Shown here one piece after another: positions 41,581-52,185 of a DNA stretch of 64,000 nt. A program made the translations under genes and the position numbers. Position 1 is the stretch's first letter; each line of letters begins with the position of its first letter. The notes below the pieces were generated by a model. That model saw only the letters and a list, made by a program, of their open reading frames with translations. It had not been told where the DNA came from and searched no databases. This stretch comes from Candidatus Multivoradales bacterium (lineage in GTDB: Bacteria; Acidobacteriota; Thermoanaerobaculia; Multivoradales; J023), in the NCBI GenBank assembly GCA_965248925.1, contig CBDFLE010000006.1:1-64000 (forward strand). Reading direction: 5' to 3'.

Positions 41581-43350
41581 GTGCAGACCGCATTCCTACT
41601 CTTTGTTCTTGTCGCCGCTTTTGGGCTCTTGATCACCCAGGTGGTGCGCTTCGAGATCGTCTCGTTGGGGCTGGTGGCGGTGCTGGCTTTGGCCGGTGTC
41701 TTGACCACCCAGGAGGCGCTGTCGGGGTTCTCCAATAGCGCTACCCTCACCGTTGCCGCCATGCTGGTGTTGAGCGCCGGATTGGTGCGTTCGGGGGTGG
41801 TCGACTTGGTGGGCACTCTGGTTGAACGCTGGGCGGCGGGCAGTCCGGCGCGGCTTCTATTCACCGTCGGCATGGTCACCGCCGTGCTCAGCGCTTTCAT
41901 GAACAACACGGCGATCATCGCGCTGATGATTCCGGTGGTGTTGGCGCTGTCGAGCAAAGTCAATATCTCGGCTTCTAAATTGCTGATGCCGCTGTCGTTC
42001 TTCGCCATTCTCGGCGGCACTTGCACGCTGATCGGCACCAGCACCAACATCTTGGTCGACTCGCTCTACCGCGACGCCGGCGGGCCTGGCTTTGGCTTGT
42101 TCGATTTTGCCGGCATGGGATTGATCTATCTGCTGGTGGGCTCGGTTTACCTGATGCTCTTCTGGAAGAAGCTGCCCGACAATACGGTGTTTAGCCAGAT
42201 CCTCGACCCCAGCTCGCGCAGCCAATTCGTCACCGAGGTCACGGTGCCAGCCGACAGCCGCTACCTCGGGCGCCCGCTGTCCGAATTGCTCGGCCGACTT
42301 AAGGATGTCGAGGTCTTGGAGCTGATCCGCAACGAGCAAGCCAGCCTCGGCCCGGCCGCCGATACGATCATCGAGCGGGGGGACACCTTCCTGCTCAAGG
42401 GCAGCGGCGCCACCTTGAACCAACTGGCAGAACGCGATGGGGTCGGAGTCGGCAGCACGGTGGCCGACGGTGAGCGCATCGTCATGAGCCGCTTCGATCT
42501 ACACACCACCGAAGCGGTGATCCTACCCAACTCGCCTTTGATCGACCGACGGGTGCGAAACGCAGGCCTCAACCGCCGCTTTGGCGTCTTTGTGATGGCG
42601 GTACGACGGCTCGGCGGCGGCCATCACATCCGCAACTTGCGCTCGCTGCGGCTGCGATCCGGCGACGTGCTGCTGATCCAGGGAGAACCCGCGGCGCTCC
42701 ACACTCTGCAAGAGGATGCCGGGGTGCTGCTGATCGAGGGAATCGAAGCCCGGCTGACCTTCCCCCGCAAAGCACCGATGGCCATCGCCATCTTGGTCGC
42801 CGTGGTGGCTCTGGCAGCCTTGGGCATCGGCGAGATTGTGGTGCTCAGCCTGGCTGGGGTGGCAGCCATGCTGCTGACCCGCTGCTTGACCGTCAGCCAG
42901 GCCACCCGCGCCCTCGACAGCTCGGTCTTGCTACTGCTCGCCGGCATGATTCCCCTCGGCGTGGCGATCAACAGCAGCGGCCTGGCCAGCACCGCCACCG
43001 GGTGGCTGGTGGCCCATCTCGGCGACTTGGGTCCGGTGGCGATCATCAGCGGTTTCTACCTCTTCACTTCGCTGATGACGGCGGTGCTGTCGAACGGCGC
43101 CACCGCGGTCTTGCTGGCGCCGATCGCTCTAGAACTCAGTCAGCAGACCGGCATCGAACCGAAGGCCCTCCTGGTGGCGATCGCCTTCGGTGCCAGTGCC
43201 AGCTTCGCCACTCCGATCGGCTACCAGACCAACACCATGGTGATGGGCCCTGGCGGCTATAGCTTCGGCGACTACCTGCGCTTCGGTGGCCCGCTGAGTC
43301 TGATCATGTGGCTGGCGGCGACTCTCCTGCTCCCCCTATTCTGGCTCTAG
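41581..43350 (+). CDS. SLC13/DASS permease with TrkA-C domains
   Basis: SAFMNNT, GGTCTLIGTSTN, ASFATPIGYQTN. Confidence 0.93.
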   Translation: MQTAFLLFVLVAAFGLLITQVVRFEIVSLGLVAVLALAGVLTTQEALSGFSNSATLTVAAMLVLSAGLVRSGVVDLVGTLVERWAAGSPARLLFTVGMVTAVLSAFMNNTAIIALMIPVVLALSSKVNISASKLLMPLSFFAILGGTCTLIGTSTNILVDSLYRDAGGPGFGLFDFAGMGLIYLLVGSVYLMLFWKKLPDNTVFSQILDPSSRSQFVTEVTVPADSRYLGRPLSELLGRLKDVEVLELIRNEQASLGPAADTIIERGDTFLLKGSGATLNQLAERDGVGVGSTVADGERIVMSRFDLHTTEAVILPNSPLIDRRVRNAGLNRRFGVFVMAVRRLGGGHHIRNLRSLRLRSGDVLLIQGEPAALHTLQEDAGVLLIEGIEARLTFPRKAPMAIAILVAVVALAALGIGEIVVLSLAGVAAMLLTRCLTVSQATRALDSSVLLLLAGMIPLGVAINSSGLASTATGWLVAHLGDLGPVAIISGFYLFTSLMTAVLSNGATAVLLAPIALELSQQTGIEPKALLVAIAFGASASFATPIGYQTNTMVMGPGGYSFGDYLRFGGPLSLIMWLAATLLLPLFWL

Positions 43351-43737
43351 AGCCCTTAGTTATAGACACTTATGCCACTATTGCACTAATAAGATACTCT
43401 TAACTTCATCTCTGCCTTCAGTTAGAACCACTTGATGCAGAGATTTCGCTCTCAAATCCCCGCTCCCCTGCTACACTCCCGACTGCCTAGAAACTCGGAT
43501 CATCCGAAGTCAGGAACACGAGCATCGGGGGGGGGAGAGTGGTGCTTGTGCTTGCGCTCGTTTCAAGTTGGTTCCTCCGATCGGCTCCACGATCAGGCCA
43601 GCTGGGGCCCGCCAGCCTCGGTCGGCTGGTAGTCGATCGGCGGAGGCTCCCGAGCCGCTGCCGTTTTCCTCCTGGGCACCGCAGTTGCGGTCTTTTCCGT
43701 CCGCACTGGAATCTCTCTCGTGAAGGAGAACAAGGTA

Positions 43738-45261
43738 ATGATACAAAGATCATTTGCGTGCGTCCTAGTGCTGGGATTGGCGCTCACGGGCACGGCTTTC
43801 GCCGACGCCACCGTTGACGAGGGCCCTGCCCACACGACCTTCCTCAGCCACCAAGAGGTCACTGACGCCCTCGACGCCGGAGACTTGACCCTGAGGGTGG
43901 CTCGCGCGCTCGGCTTGGCGGTGTTCAGCACACCGTTCAACACTTATGACGGTCACGGCGACGGCCCCTTCGACCCGGCGGAAACCGATACCGCCGCCTT
44001 CGGTCATCGGCCTACCCTGCAAGGCAACGGCTTGTCATTGCGGGTCAATGGACTCGACGCCCAAAGCTGCAACGAATGCCACACCATCGTCAGCAACCGC
44101 ACTCGCCCGCCGACCCTCGGCTTCGGCGGCGTCGGTGGCATCGTGCAGAACGCGATCATCATGCCGACCCTGATCGACGTCGCCGACTCCTTCGACGATC
44201 GTGTGGCCTTCCAGAGCGGCCATGATCCCTCCCTGTCGATGGTGTTTGACGGCGTGGCGGACTACAACGGTCGCTTCGCCAACCCGCCGTTCCTATTTGG
44301 CGGCGGCGGGGTCGAGCTGCTGGGCAAAGAGATGACCCGCGACCTCCAGGACTTGCTCGACATCGCCCAGACCTCTGCCGCCGGTACAGTGACCTCCCTC
44401 GACACCCACGGGGTCAACTTCGGCTCGATCACCACCTTGGACAACCTGGGCAATGTGCAGTTGGATGTCGAGGGTATTGGCCCCGAAGACATCAGCGGCT
44501 TGGCTCCGGACTCAGTGTTGGTGGTGCGACCTTTCGGCCGCAAGGGTGAGAACTTCACCATGCGCGACTTCGACCGTGGCGCGATGCAATTCCATTTCGG
44601 CATCCAGCCCCAGGAAGTGATCGGTGCCGGCCAGGACGAGGACGGCGACGGGGTGTCTGACGAGGTCGAAGACGGCGAAATGACCCTGCTGCACATCTTC
44701 GACGTGCTCAACCCACGGCCGCGGCAGGAGCATTTCACCTGGGAGACCTACGCCGGTTTCCAGACCTTCCAAGACATCGGTTGCGACGGCTGCCAGATTC
44801 CGGCGATCGAGACCAACAGCCGGCACTTGAAAATGTCCTTCCCCGACGTCGCCGAAGACCCGGACGCCAACGTCTACACCAGCATCGCCCTGCGCGAAGC
44901 CGGCTTCGACCGGGTGCCGGGCGGCGGTTTGGTGATCCCCCTTTTTGCCGATCTCAAGCGGCACAAGATGGGCCCTGGTCTGGCCGAGACCTTCGAGCGC
45001 GGAGACCTCGCCAACGACGAGTTCACCACCGCCCGGCTGTGGGGTATCGCTGATACGGCCCCCTACCTGCACGATGGTCGCGCCACCACCCTCTACCAGG
45101 CGATTGACATGCACGGTGGCGAAGCGCAGGCCGTGCGCGATAGCTTCACCGCCCTTACCAACGACGAGCAAGCCGACCTGCTGGCCTTCCTGCGCTCCCT
45201 GCGTGTGCCACACCAGCCGAACCAGAACCTGGTGCCGATCTTGCGCTACATTCTCCAATGA
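43738..45261 (+). CDS. Di-heme oxidoreductase (DHOR)-family protein
   Basis: Signal peptide; CNECH; PFGRKG; DLKRHKMG; LWGIADTAPYLHDGRA; second motif reads CDGCQ. Confidence 0.85.
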   Translation: MIQRSFACVLVLGLALTGTAFADATVDEGPAHTTFLSHQEVTDALDAGDLTLRVARALGLAVFSTPFNTYDGHGDGPFDPAETDTAAFGHRPTLQGNGLSLRVNGLDAQSCNECHTIVSNRTRPPTLGFGGVGGIVQNAIIMPTLIDVADSFDDRVAFQSGHDPSLSMVFDGVADYNGRFANPPFLFGGGGVELLGKEMTRDLQDLLDIAQTSAAGTVTSLDTHGVNFGSITTLDNLGNVQLDVEGIGPEDISGLAPDSVLVVRPFGRKGENFTMRDFDRGAMQFHFGIQPQEVIGAGQDEDGDGVSDEVEDGEMTLLHIFDVLNPRPRQEHFTWETYAGFQTFQDIGCDGCQIPAIETNSRHLKMSFPDVAEDPDANVYTSIALREAGFDRVPGGGLVIPLFADLKRHKMGPGLAETFERGDLANDEFTTARLWGIADTAPYLHDGRATTLYQAIDMHGGEAQAVRDSFTALTNDEQADLLAFLRSLRVPHQPNQNLVPILRYILQ

Positions 45262-45275
45262 GGGTCTAGCCACCG

Positions 45276-46709
45276 ATGATCCGCACCCTGGTGCCGGGCC
45301 TTACCCGGCCACTGGTAGCGCTATTCGCCATCACCACGATGGCGAATAGCGTGGTGATGGGCGAGCCGCCGCACGACCCAACCGGCATCCACGGACGTAC
45401 TGCCTTGATGGTCGCCGCGGCGGCCGGCGACAATGACTTGGTCGTAGCGCTGCTCGGCTCAGGCGCCAAACTCGAGGCGGTCGACGATTCTGGCAACAGC
45501 GCCCTCTTCTTCCTGCCACCTAGCGACGACCCACGGATCACCGAACTGCTGCTCAGCCACGGTGCTCGGGTTCAGCAGACCAACAAGGCCGGCAGCACAG
45601 CCTTGGTGTCGGCGGCTCTTCTCGGCCGCCAAGAAATTGCCACGATGCTCTTGCAAGCAGGCGCCGACCCCGACCCGCTGCCGCGCAGCGGCCGTAGCGC
45701 TTTCGCGGAGGCAGTGCTGCATGGCCATCCACAGATCGCCCGCCTGCTGCACCATGCCGGAGCGCGGGTCAACCCACCTCTGCGGCGCGACGGCAGCCTG
45801 CTCCACCAGGCCGCACAGACTGGCAACGCTGCCGCCGTCGAGCTGCTGTTGGATCTCGGCGCACCGGTCGACGCCGGTCTCGACGACCTCGACTGTTGCC
45901 AGGGTCAGACTCCTCTCCACCGCGCGGCTGCCCGTGGCCACGCGGCGGTGATCGCTCGCCTGGCCGCTCACCAGGCAGCGTTAGAAACCACCGATATCAA
46001 AGGCCGTACTCCCCTGCTGGCCGCCGCCTTCGCCGGCCACGCTGAAGCCGTCATCAGTCTGCTCCAAGCCGGTGCCGACCCCGACCGGCGAGCCCAAGAC
46101 GAAGCACGGACTCCACCCCTGGTCGGCGCCGCCGCCGAAGGCCACACAAGCGTGGTCAGGGCCCTACTCGCTGCCGAAGCCAAGGTTGACATCACCAATC
46201 GCTACCGGGTCAATGCCCTGATGCAAGCGGCGTTCAAAGGCCACAGCGAGGTCGCACGTGCCTTGCTGGCCAAGCAAGCCGATCTGGCGGCGTTGAATCT
46301 CGAAGGTCATTCGGCACTCGCCTACGCCGTGGTGCGCAATCATCCCGAGTTGGTGCAGCTGCTCACCGACCACGGCGCCGCCATCGACAGCCGGGTCTAC
46401 ATCGCCGTCTTTGGCGACGTCGACTTGCTGATGCTGGCTGCTGGCCGTGGCCATCTCGAGAACACTCGAACCCTGCTAGCCAAAGGTGCCCCGGTCGACA
46501 GCTGGAGCGAGGTCGAGGGCATTGGTCGGGTGACCCCACTGATGGTGGCCAGCGCTCGCGCTCTGCTCGAAGTGGTCGACTTGTTGCTCGCGGCCGGAGC
46601 CGATCCCAATCTCGCCACGCCCGACTCTCCCTCCGCCCTCGACCGAGCCCGACAAGCAGGCCACATGGAAGTTCTCGAACGCCTGACGAAGCAGCCGAAG
46701 CCTCAGTGA
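45276..46709 (+). CDS. Ankyrin repeat protein (probable signal peptide)
   Basis: Repeated G.TPL..AA..GH...V..LL..GAD. Confidence 0.93.
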   Translation: MIRTLVPGLTRPLVALFAITTMANSVVMGEPPHDPTGIHGRTALMVAAAAGDNDLVVALLGSGAKLEAVDDSGNSALFFLPPSDDPRITELLLSHGARVQQTNKAGSTALVSAALLGRQEIATMLLQAGADPDPLPRSGRSAFAEAVLHGHPQIARLLHHAGARVNPPLRRDGSLLHQAAQTGNAAAVELLLDLGAPVDAGLDDLDCCQGQTPLHRAAARGHAAVIARLAAHQAALETTDIKGRTPLLAAAFAGHAEAVISLLQAGADPDRRAQDEARTPPLVGAAAEGHTSVVRALLAAEAKVDITNRYRVNALMQAAFKGHSEVARALLAKQADLAALNLEGHSALAYAVVRNHPELVQLLTDHGAAIDSRVYIAVFGDVDLLMLAAGRGHLENTRTLLAKGAPVDSWSEVEGIGRVTPLMVASARALLEVVDLLLAAGADPNLATPDSPSALDRARQAGHMEVLERLTKQPKPQ

Positions 46710-46745
46710 ATGCCGCAGCCACCGGGCGGGCAGTATACTCAAGAG

Positions 46746-47393
46746 ATGTCGCACCTCGATTTATGGAAACAGCAGCTCGGCGCGGTGCCCGATGAAGTCT
46801 GGCAGCAAACCGAACTCGAGTCACTAGTGCTGGCCGACAACGGGCTCACCGAGGTCTCCGAGCAACTTGGCAACTTGCAGCGTTTGCGGATGCTCGACCT
46901 CGGCCACAACGCCCTCCGCCAATTGCCCGAGGCGATCGGCAAGCTCGCCGACTTGACCGACTTCCTTTATTTGCACGACAACAGATTGCGCCAACTGCCG
47001 CCCGCCATTGCCAGGCTGACAGGGCTGCGTTACCTGAATCTCAGCGAGAACGAATTCAGCGCCCTACCAGACTCGATCTACCAGCTGACCGAACTGCGCG
47101 AACTCCGCGCCTCGGGCAACAAATTGACCTCACTCAGCGAGGCTCTCGGCCAGCTGGACCAGCTGCGCGAACTACACCTGAGAGACAATCAGCTCACCTC
47201 CCTACCCTCTGCCATCGGCCAACTGAGAGAGCTGCGGCAGCTCGATTTGCGGGGCAATCCGCTGGCCTCCTTACCCACAGCAATCAGCCAGTTGCCCGAA
47301 CTTCACAAGCTCGATTTGCGCTGGGTACCGGCGCTCGATCCGCCGAGCTGGTTGCCGGCCCTCGAAGCGCGGGGAGTTCTGGTCTACCGCTAG
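46746..47393 (+). CDS. Leucine-rich repeat protein
   Basis: Repeated L..L.L..N.L..LP..IG. Confidence 0.93.
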   Translation: MSHLDLWKQQLGAVPDEVWQQTELESLVLADNGLTEVSEQLGNLQRLRMLDLGHNALRQLPEAIGKLADLTDFLYLHDNRLRQLPPAIARLTGLRYLNLSENEFSALPDSIYQLTELRELRASGNKLTSLSEALGQLDQLRELHLRDNQLTSLPSAIGQLRELRQLDLRGNPLASLPTAISQLPELHKLDLRWVPALDPPSWLPALEARGVLVYR

Positions 47394-47498
47394 GCCAGAG
47401 GCCACCGGCGGACTGCTAGCGGATCGCGGGCTGCTACACTGCCGCATTCCCTCAGGTCGAAAGCAGAATGAATATTGCCAAGGAGCAGACTTCCGGTG

Positions 47499-50069
47499 AT
47501 GATGGACTCGGATCTAGCCGACTTCAAAATCGGCAATTGGTGGGTCAGACCGCAGCTCAATGAGCTAGAAAATAGCGATCAGCGCCGCCACCTCGAAGCG
47601 CGATCGATGGAAGTGCTGCTCTGTCTGGCGCGGCACGCGCCGACGGTGGTCAGCAAGGAACAGCTGATCGCCGAGGTGTGGACCGATTCCCCCTTCGTCA
47701 GCGACGACGTCATCAGCCACGCCATCTGGGAGCTGCGCAAGGCCCTGGGCGACTCGGCCCGCTCCCCAAGCTACATCAAGACCATACCCCGCAAAGGCTA
47801 CCTGATCGTCGCGGAAGTGCTGCGGCCGCAGGGTTCGGCGCTGCCCATCGAAGGTGCCCAGATCGACCACTACGACATTCACGAGGAAATCGGCCGCGGT
47901 TCGATGGGAGTGGTGTTCCGCGCCACCGACCGCCAGCTCGGTCGCACGGTGGCGATCAAGTTCCTGGCCACCGAGCTGACCCGCGACGACAAGGCCCGGC
48001 AGCGCTTTCACCGCGAGGCCCGGCTAGCCGCCTCGCTCGACCATCCCAACCTCGCCACCGTGCATCAGGTGGGAGAGACCGCCCAGGGTCAGATCTACTT
48101 AGTCACCAGCTTCTACAGCGGTGGCAGCCTGAAAGACCTTTTGGCCAAGGGGCCGGTACCCGCCCAAGAGGCGCTCGAGCTTGCCCGACAGCTCGCCGCC
48201 GGCCTCGGCGCCGCCCACAAGCGAGGCATCATCCATCGCGACATCAAGCCCGCCAATCTCCTGCTCGACGAGCACGGCCATCTCAAGATCGCTGACTTCG
48301 GCATCGCCAAGTTGCTCGGCGGCACCGACCTCACCCGCACCGGCGCGGCATTGGGCACGCCGGCCTACAAATCTCCGGAACAAAGCCGTGGTCAAGAAGT
48401 CGACCAGCGCACCGACCTGTGGTCCGTCGGTGTCGTTCTTTTCGAATTGCTCACCGGCCGCCGGCCCTTCGACGGCGAGTACGAGCAGGCGGTGGTGCAT
48501 TCGATCCTCTCGCACGAGCCGCAGGCGTTGGCGGAAGTCGGAGGCCAGCCGATCCCGGCGGAACTGAGCCGGATCGTTGGCAAGGCGATGGCGAAGGAGC
48601 CGGAGGAGAGGTATCAGAGTGGAGAGGAGATGGTGTCTGACTTGGCTCGTGCAAGTGTTCCCGGCGTAGTTACCAAAGATTCCCCGCGTGCTCGGGTCCC
48701 AACCGTCAAGTCTGCGATAGGGGTCTCGCTTGCGGCAACCGCTCTAATTGTGCTGGCGTGGGCTCAGCCTTGGAAGACGGTAGGTCCACTTAGGATGAGA
48801 GCCACTGAAGTCTTGGCAAACGGCCCATCGACAAACAACCAAGCTATCGCCCATTTCCACACCGGACAAAAATTCTGGCTCTCTGGAAATGACCCCAAGA
48901 ATCTGTCGGATGCACTCCGCCACCTAGAGCACGCAGCAGAGCTAGCCCCAGACTGGGCCGATGCCTATGCCCTACTCGCGCTCTTCAAATCCGACCGGTT
49001 TGCCGAAACTAAGCAGCAAGGTCTACTAGAAGATATTAGACAGCTTGCAGAACAAGTGAAAAAGCTGGACCCATCCAACGGCCTGATCAAGGTCGCAGAG
49101 GCGCGCCTTCACCTGCTCAATGGGCAATTCATCAAGGCCGAGCAACTCACAACATCAGCAATAGAGGCTCAATCGACCTGCCCAGAAGGATTCAACGAAA
49201 CATGCGACCTCGCGCACCTCTGGCGGGCTGAAGCAGAGTGGAGCCAAGGCCAGCAGGCAGATGCAGTGAGACGTCTCGAATCGTGTTTGGGAATCGGCAA
49301 TGGCCGCATCCGCTGCCGGCTCAAGCTAGCCCAACTCTACAATCTATCTGGAAACTCGACCAAAGCGGCTGTTCTCTATGAAGAAGTTCTGGCCCTGATA
49401 GACAAACAGACAACTGCTCTAAATGACCTGGGAGTCTATCGACTCGAGGCTCGCCAGTACCAGAAGGCGGTCGGAATCCTGACTCGGCTCGAGAAACTGA
49501 CACATGGACCGCGGGCAACACTGAACCTAGGGCACGCATATTACGGCCTCGGCTACTGGGAATCCGCTAGAAACTACTATCTCGAAGCGGACGAACGTTA
49601 CAAGTCGCTAGGACAAAACAACCCAATTCCTGCGGTCAGCATTGGAGACACGTTTCTAGAGGAGGGACAACCAGACATGGCTCTCCCATGGTTCGAAAAG
49701 GCAGCGCTACGCTTCGAGATGATTCTGCAAGGCCCCGTACCAGCTATCATTTGGCAGGCCCAGAACGCGGTATGCCTTGCCAAGCTCGGCAAAACCCGCG
49801 AAGCCCTACAACAGATCAACACACTAGTTCGTCACGAGGTACAATCCGAGCAACCCTTTGCACCGATCTTCTACTATGCTGCAAGAGTCTTCGCACTCGA
49901 CGGCGACCAGGAAAACCTATTCCGAATGGCGCGACTATCTTCCAAAGCTGGCAACGACCTCAATAGGCTGACCGATGATGCTGCCTTTATTGACTGGCGA
50001 AAGCACCAAGGCTATCAGATTCTCTTGGTCGATTTATCGTCGGGCACTCAGCCCCCGTTGTTATTCTGA
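47499..50069 (+). CDS. OmpR-type wHTH, Ser/Thr kinase, TM, TPR protein
   Basis: LRKALGD...IKTIPRKGY; IGRGSMG, HRDIKPAN, DFG, SPEQ; TM ~48720-48760; TPR C-terminus. Confidence 0.92.
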   Translation: MMDSDLADFKIGNWWVRPQLNELENSDQRRHLEARSMEVLLCLARHAPTVVSKEQLIAEVWTDSPFVSDDVISHAIWELRKALGDSARSPSYIKTIPRKGYLIVAEVLRPQGSALPIEGAQIDHYDIHEEIGRGSMGVVFRATDRQLGRTVAIKFLATELTRDDKARQRFHREARLAASLDHPNLATVHQVGETAQGQIYLVTSFYSGGSLKDLLAKGPVPAQEALELARQLAAGLGAAHKRGIIHRDIKPANLLLDEHGHLKIADFGIAKLLGGTDLTRTGAALGTPAYKSPEQSRGQEVDQRTDLWSVGVVLFELLTGRRPFDGEYEQAVVHSILSHEPQALAEVGGQPIPAELSRIVGKAMAKEPEERYQSGEEMVSDLARASVPGVVTKDSPRARVPTVKSAIGVSLAATALIVLAWAQPWKTVGPLRMRATEVLANGPSTNNQAIAHFHTGQKFWLSGNDPKNLSDALRHLEHAAELAPDWADAYALLALFKSDRFAETKQQGLLEDIRQLAEQVKKLDPSNGLIKVAEARLHLLNGQFIKAEQLTTSAIEAQSTCPEGFNETCDLAHLWRAEAEWSQGQQADAVRRLESCLGIGNGRIRCRLKLAQLYNLSGNSTKAAVLYEEVLALIDKQTTALNDLGVYRLEARQYQKAVGILTRLEKLTHGPRATLNLGHAYYGLGYWESARNYYLEADERYKSLGQNNPIPAVSIGDTFLEEGQPDMALPWFEKAALRFEMILQGPVPAIIWQAQNAVCLAKLGKTREALQQINTLVRHEVQSEQPFAPIFYYAARVFALDGDQENLFRMARLSSKAGNDLNRLTDDAAFIDWRKHQGYQILLVDLSSGTQPPLLF

Positions 50070-51982
50070 GGACCCGTTTGAGCTGGTTCTGGGTCCGGCT
50101 GGGGGCCTTGGCCACGGGGATCTGCCTCCTGTCGACCTGGCCGCAGGTCGCGCCCACGCCTTCCTCGTCGACGCCTACTTCTCTCAGCCTTGGGGCGGTT
50201 CCTCAATTCTCTGAAACTGCTCCGCGGTTCGAAGACAGGCCGCAACGAAAAACGTAGCTCATCGGCCAAAACTTTGAGATCCGAAGCCAAAGCAAACTCG
50301 CCGAAAGGCGAGCCGGGCGTGTCGCCGGCAAAGATCATTCCCACGGCGTAGTAGACATTCCGTACCGTCCGATTTGCCCTATCGACTTCCTTAGAGGCAA
50401 AGTCACTGGCATTGATTCCAACCTGAGCCAATTGGCCTTCGAGATCCGCCAACGCTTCCTCATCCAGAGGCTCGAGGTCTGCGAACAGCTCTAGCCAAAG
50501 CCCGGCCAGCTCCGGGCGATCCAATTCCAGACCGAGAAAGTACTCTTTGAATTTCTCAAACTTACCTGGTGACCTACAAAAACCCCACAATGCTATATAG
50601 ATCAGCTCTAGATCATCCAGTGGGAACGAGGTCAGGACTAGAGAACCGGAGTCTCCAACCTGACTGACATCTTGACCGGTTAGCAGGGGGGCTATGTGAA
50701 ACTGGCTCTTAAAATACCGCACAACCCCGCCGCCATAGTTGATATTGGTTGCTAGATGGACGCCGTCGACAAAACCCTGAGTAAACCCGGTGGTCCGCCC
50801 CCACTTGCGGACTTCCATGTTGAGCCTAGGCTTGCGGTAGCCGGAGATCGGATGCCACATCCCGAGTATCTCCCCACTTGCATAGCTGCGTCTGTGATCA
50901 AGCTCAGCAATAGCAGCATCACCGTACTCACCAAGATGCCAACGCTTGAGACGGGCCACCACGTCGCGCTTAGTGCCACCGTCGAACAGCGCCGGCTGAT
51001 AAGTTGGCTGGCCAACTTGGGCCGATGCGGTGTTGGCTAGGACATGCCAGTTGCTGAGCACACACGGCGTACCGTCAGTCTTGTCCCATACCACCGTCCC
51101 GAGCGTACCTGCTTGTCCGCTGACGCTACCGACACTAATACCGCCAACCAGTGGGTTGACAGGCCCCTTGCCGGTGAGTAGCAATTCTTCGTTGCTGAGT
51201 TCGTCACTACCAGCCGGGGGTTCAACAAACACACCGCTCTCGGCATCCCCACCGGGATGTTGTACAGACGGAAAATATCGAGCATCTATGACGTCTATCG
51301 GCACACCGCAGACACAGAGCCTACAGTGTGACCAAGGATCCCCTGGGTGGTCTTCAGGACAGGGATCCCAGCAAGTAAGATCGCTGGGCAAGACTCCTGA
51401 CACTGGATACTGCATATATTGACCCCACCAGCTCCGCCAGGGATTGAGACCATTTCGTCGGCAGAATCTTCTTCGTTTTTTCCTTTCCACCGCATCTACC
51501 CTATTCAAACCGATCCGGTGCGCCACCAGTGCATACAGAGGGTTCGAGAGATCAGGTAGTGCCGATTGACTCATCAAGTGCGGAGACAGCTTGTTCTCTA
51601 CATGAATACGGAGTGCCAGCACATTACAGAACTTGCGTTCACGCTCGCGAACCGCGAATCCGACATCAACCGCGCTGACTCCTTGGAATCTTAGAATCTG
51701 CCGATGCACGCGATCATGGACCCGGATGGCATGATCAATGGCATCCTGGCCGTGAAGTGGATAGCAACACCAATGCCAGTGTCCGCAGCAGCCAAATTTT
51801 TTGTCCCTTTGTTTCTTGACAGGTGACCTATATCCTCGCAAGTCCTTGTAGTCTTCCCAGATTTTCCGGTTCTTCAATCTTCCAAAACCATCGAGGTGAC
51901 AACCTTTTGGCACCCAGATAACCAGATCTTCAACTTCAAGGCCGAAATTCAGCTGCTGCCGGTAGCTGGTCTCCAAGCTCAC
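50048..51982 (-). CDS. Trypsin-like (S1, Nal1-like) serine protease with Cys/His/Trp-rich N-terminal region
   Basis: GTLG, LSNWHV, DAAIA, KWGRTTGFT, GDSGS, GMIFAG; GGAGG RBS with GTG. Confidence 0.85.
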   Translation of the reverse strand: MSLETSYRQQLNFGLEVEDLVIWVPKGCHLDGFGRLKNRKIWEDYKDLRGYRSPVKKQRDKKFGCCGHWHWCCYPLHGQDAIDHAIRVHDRVHRQILRFQGVSAVDVGFAVRERERKFCNVLALRIHVENKLSPHLMSQSALPDLSNPLYALVAHRIGLNRVDAVERKKRRRFCRRNGLNPWRSWWGQYMQYPVSGVLPSDLTCWDPCPEDHPGDPWSHCRLCVCGVPIDVIDARYFPSVQHPGGDAESGVFVEPPAGSDELSNEELLLTGKGPVNPLVGGISVGSVSGQAGTLGTVVWDKTDGTPCVLSNWHVLANTASAQVGQPTYQPALFDGGTKRDVVARLKRWHLGEYGDAAIAELDHRRSYASGEILGMWHPISGYRKPRLNMEVRKWGRTTGFTQGFVDGVHLATNINYGGGVVRYFKSQFHIAPLLTGQDVSQVGDSGSLVLTSFPLDDLELIYIALWGFCRSPGKFEKFKEYFLGLELDRPELAGLWLELFADLEPLDEEALADLEGQLAQVGINASDFASKEVDRANRTVRNVYYAVGMIFAGDTPGSPFGEFALASDLKVLADELRFSLRPVFEPRSSFRELRNRPKAERSRRRRGRRGRDLRPGRQEADPRGQGPQPDPEPAQTGPQNNNGG

Positions 51983-52185
51983 GGTCCACCTCCAACTAGT
52001 AGTCGCTTCTCTGCTAGCAATCTCTGAGAGGTCCTTGGTGGCATATCCAAGCCCCTACGCCCCTCTTCTCAGAACTCCCACACTTCCTCTTCAGCGCAAT
52101 CACAAGCCTATCTCCCCCACCCCACCTAGATTTCGCCGAGTTCAAACGCGCTTTCAGCGGCAGTCAACACGACAGGAGGTGGCGA

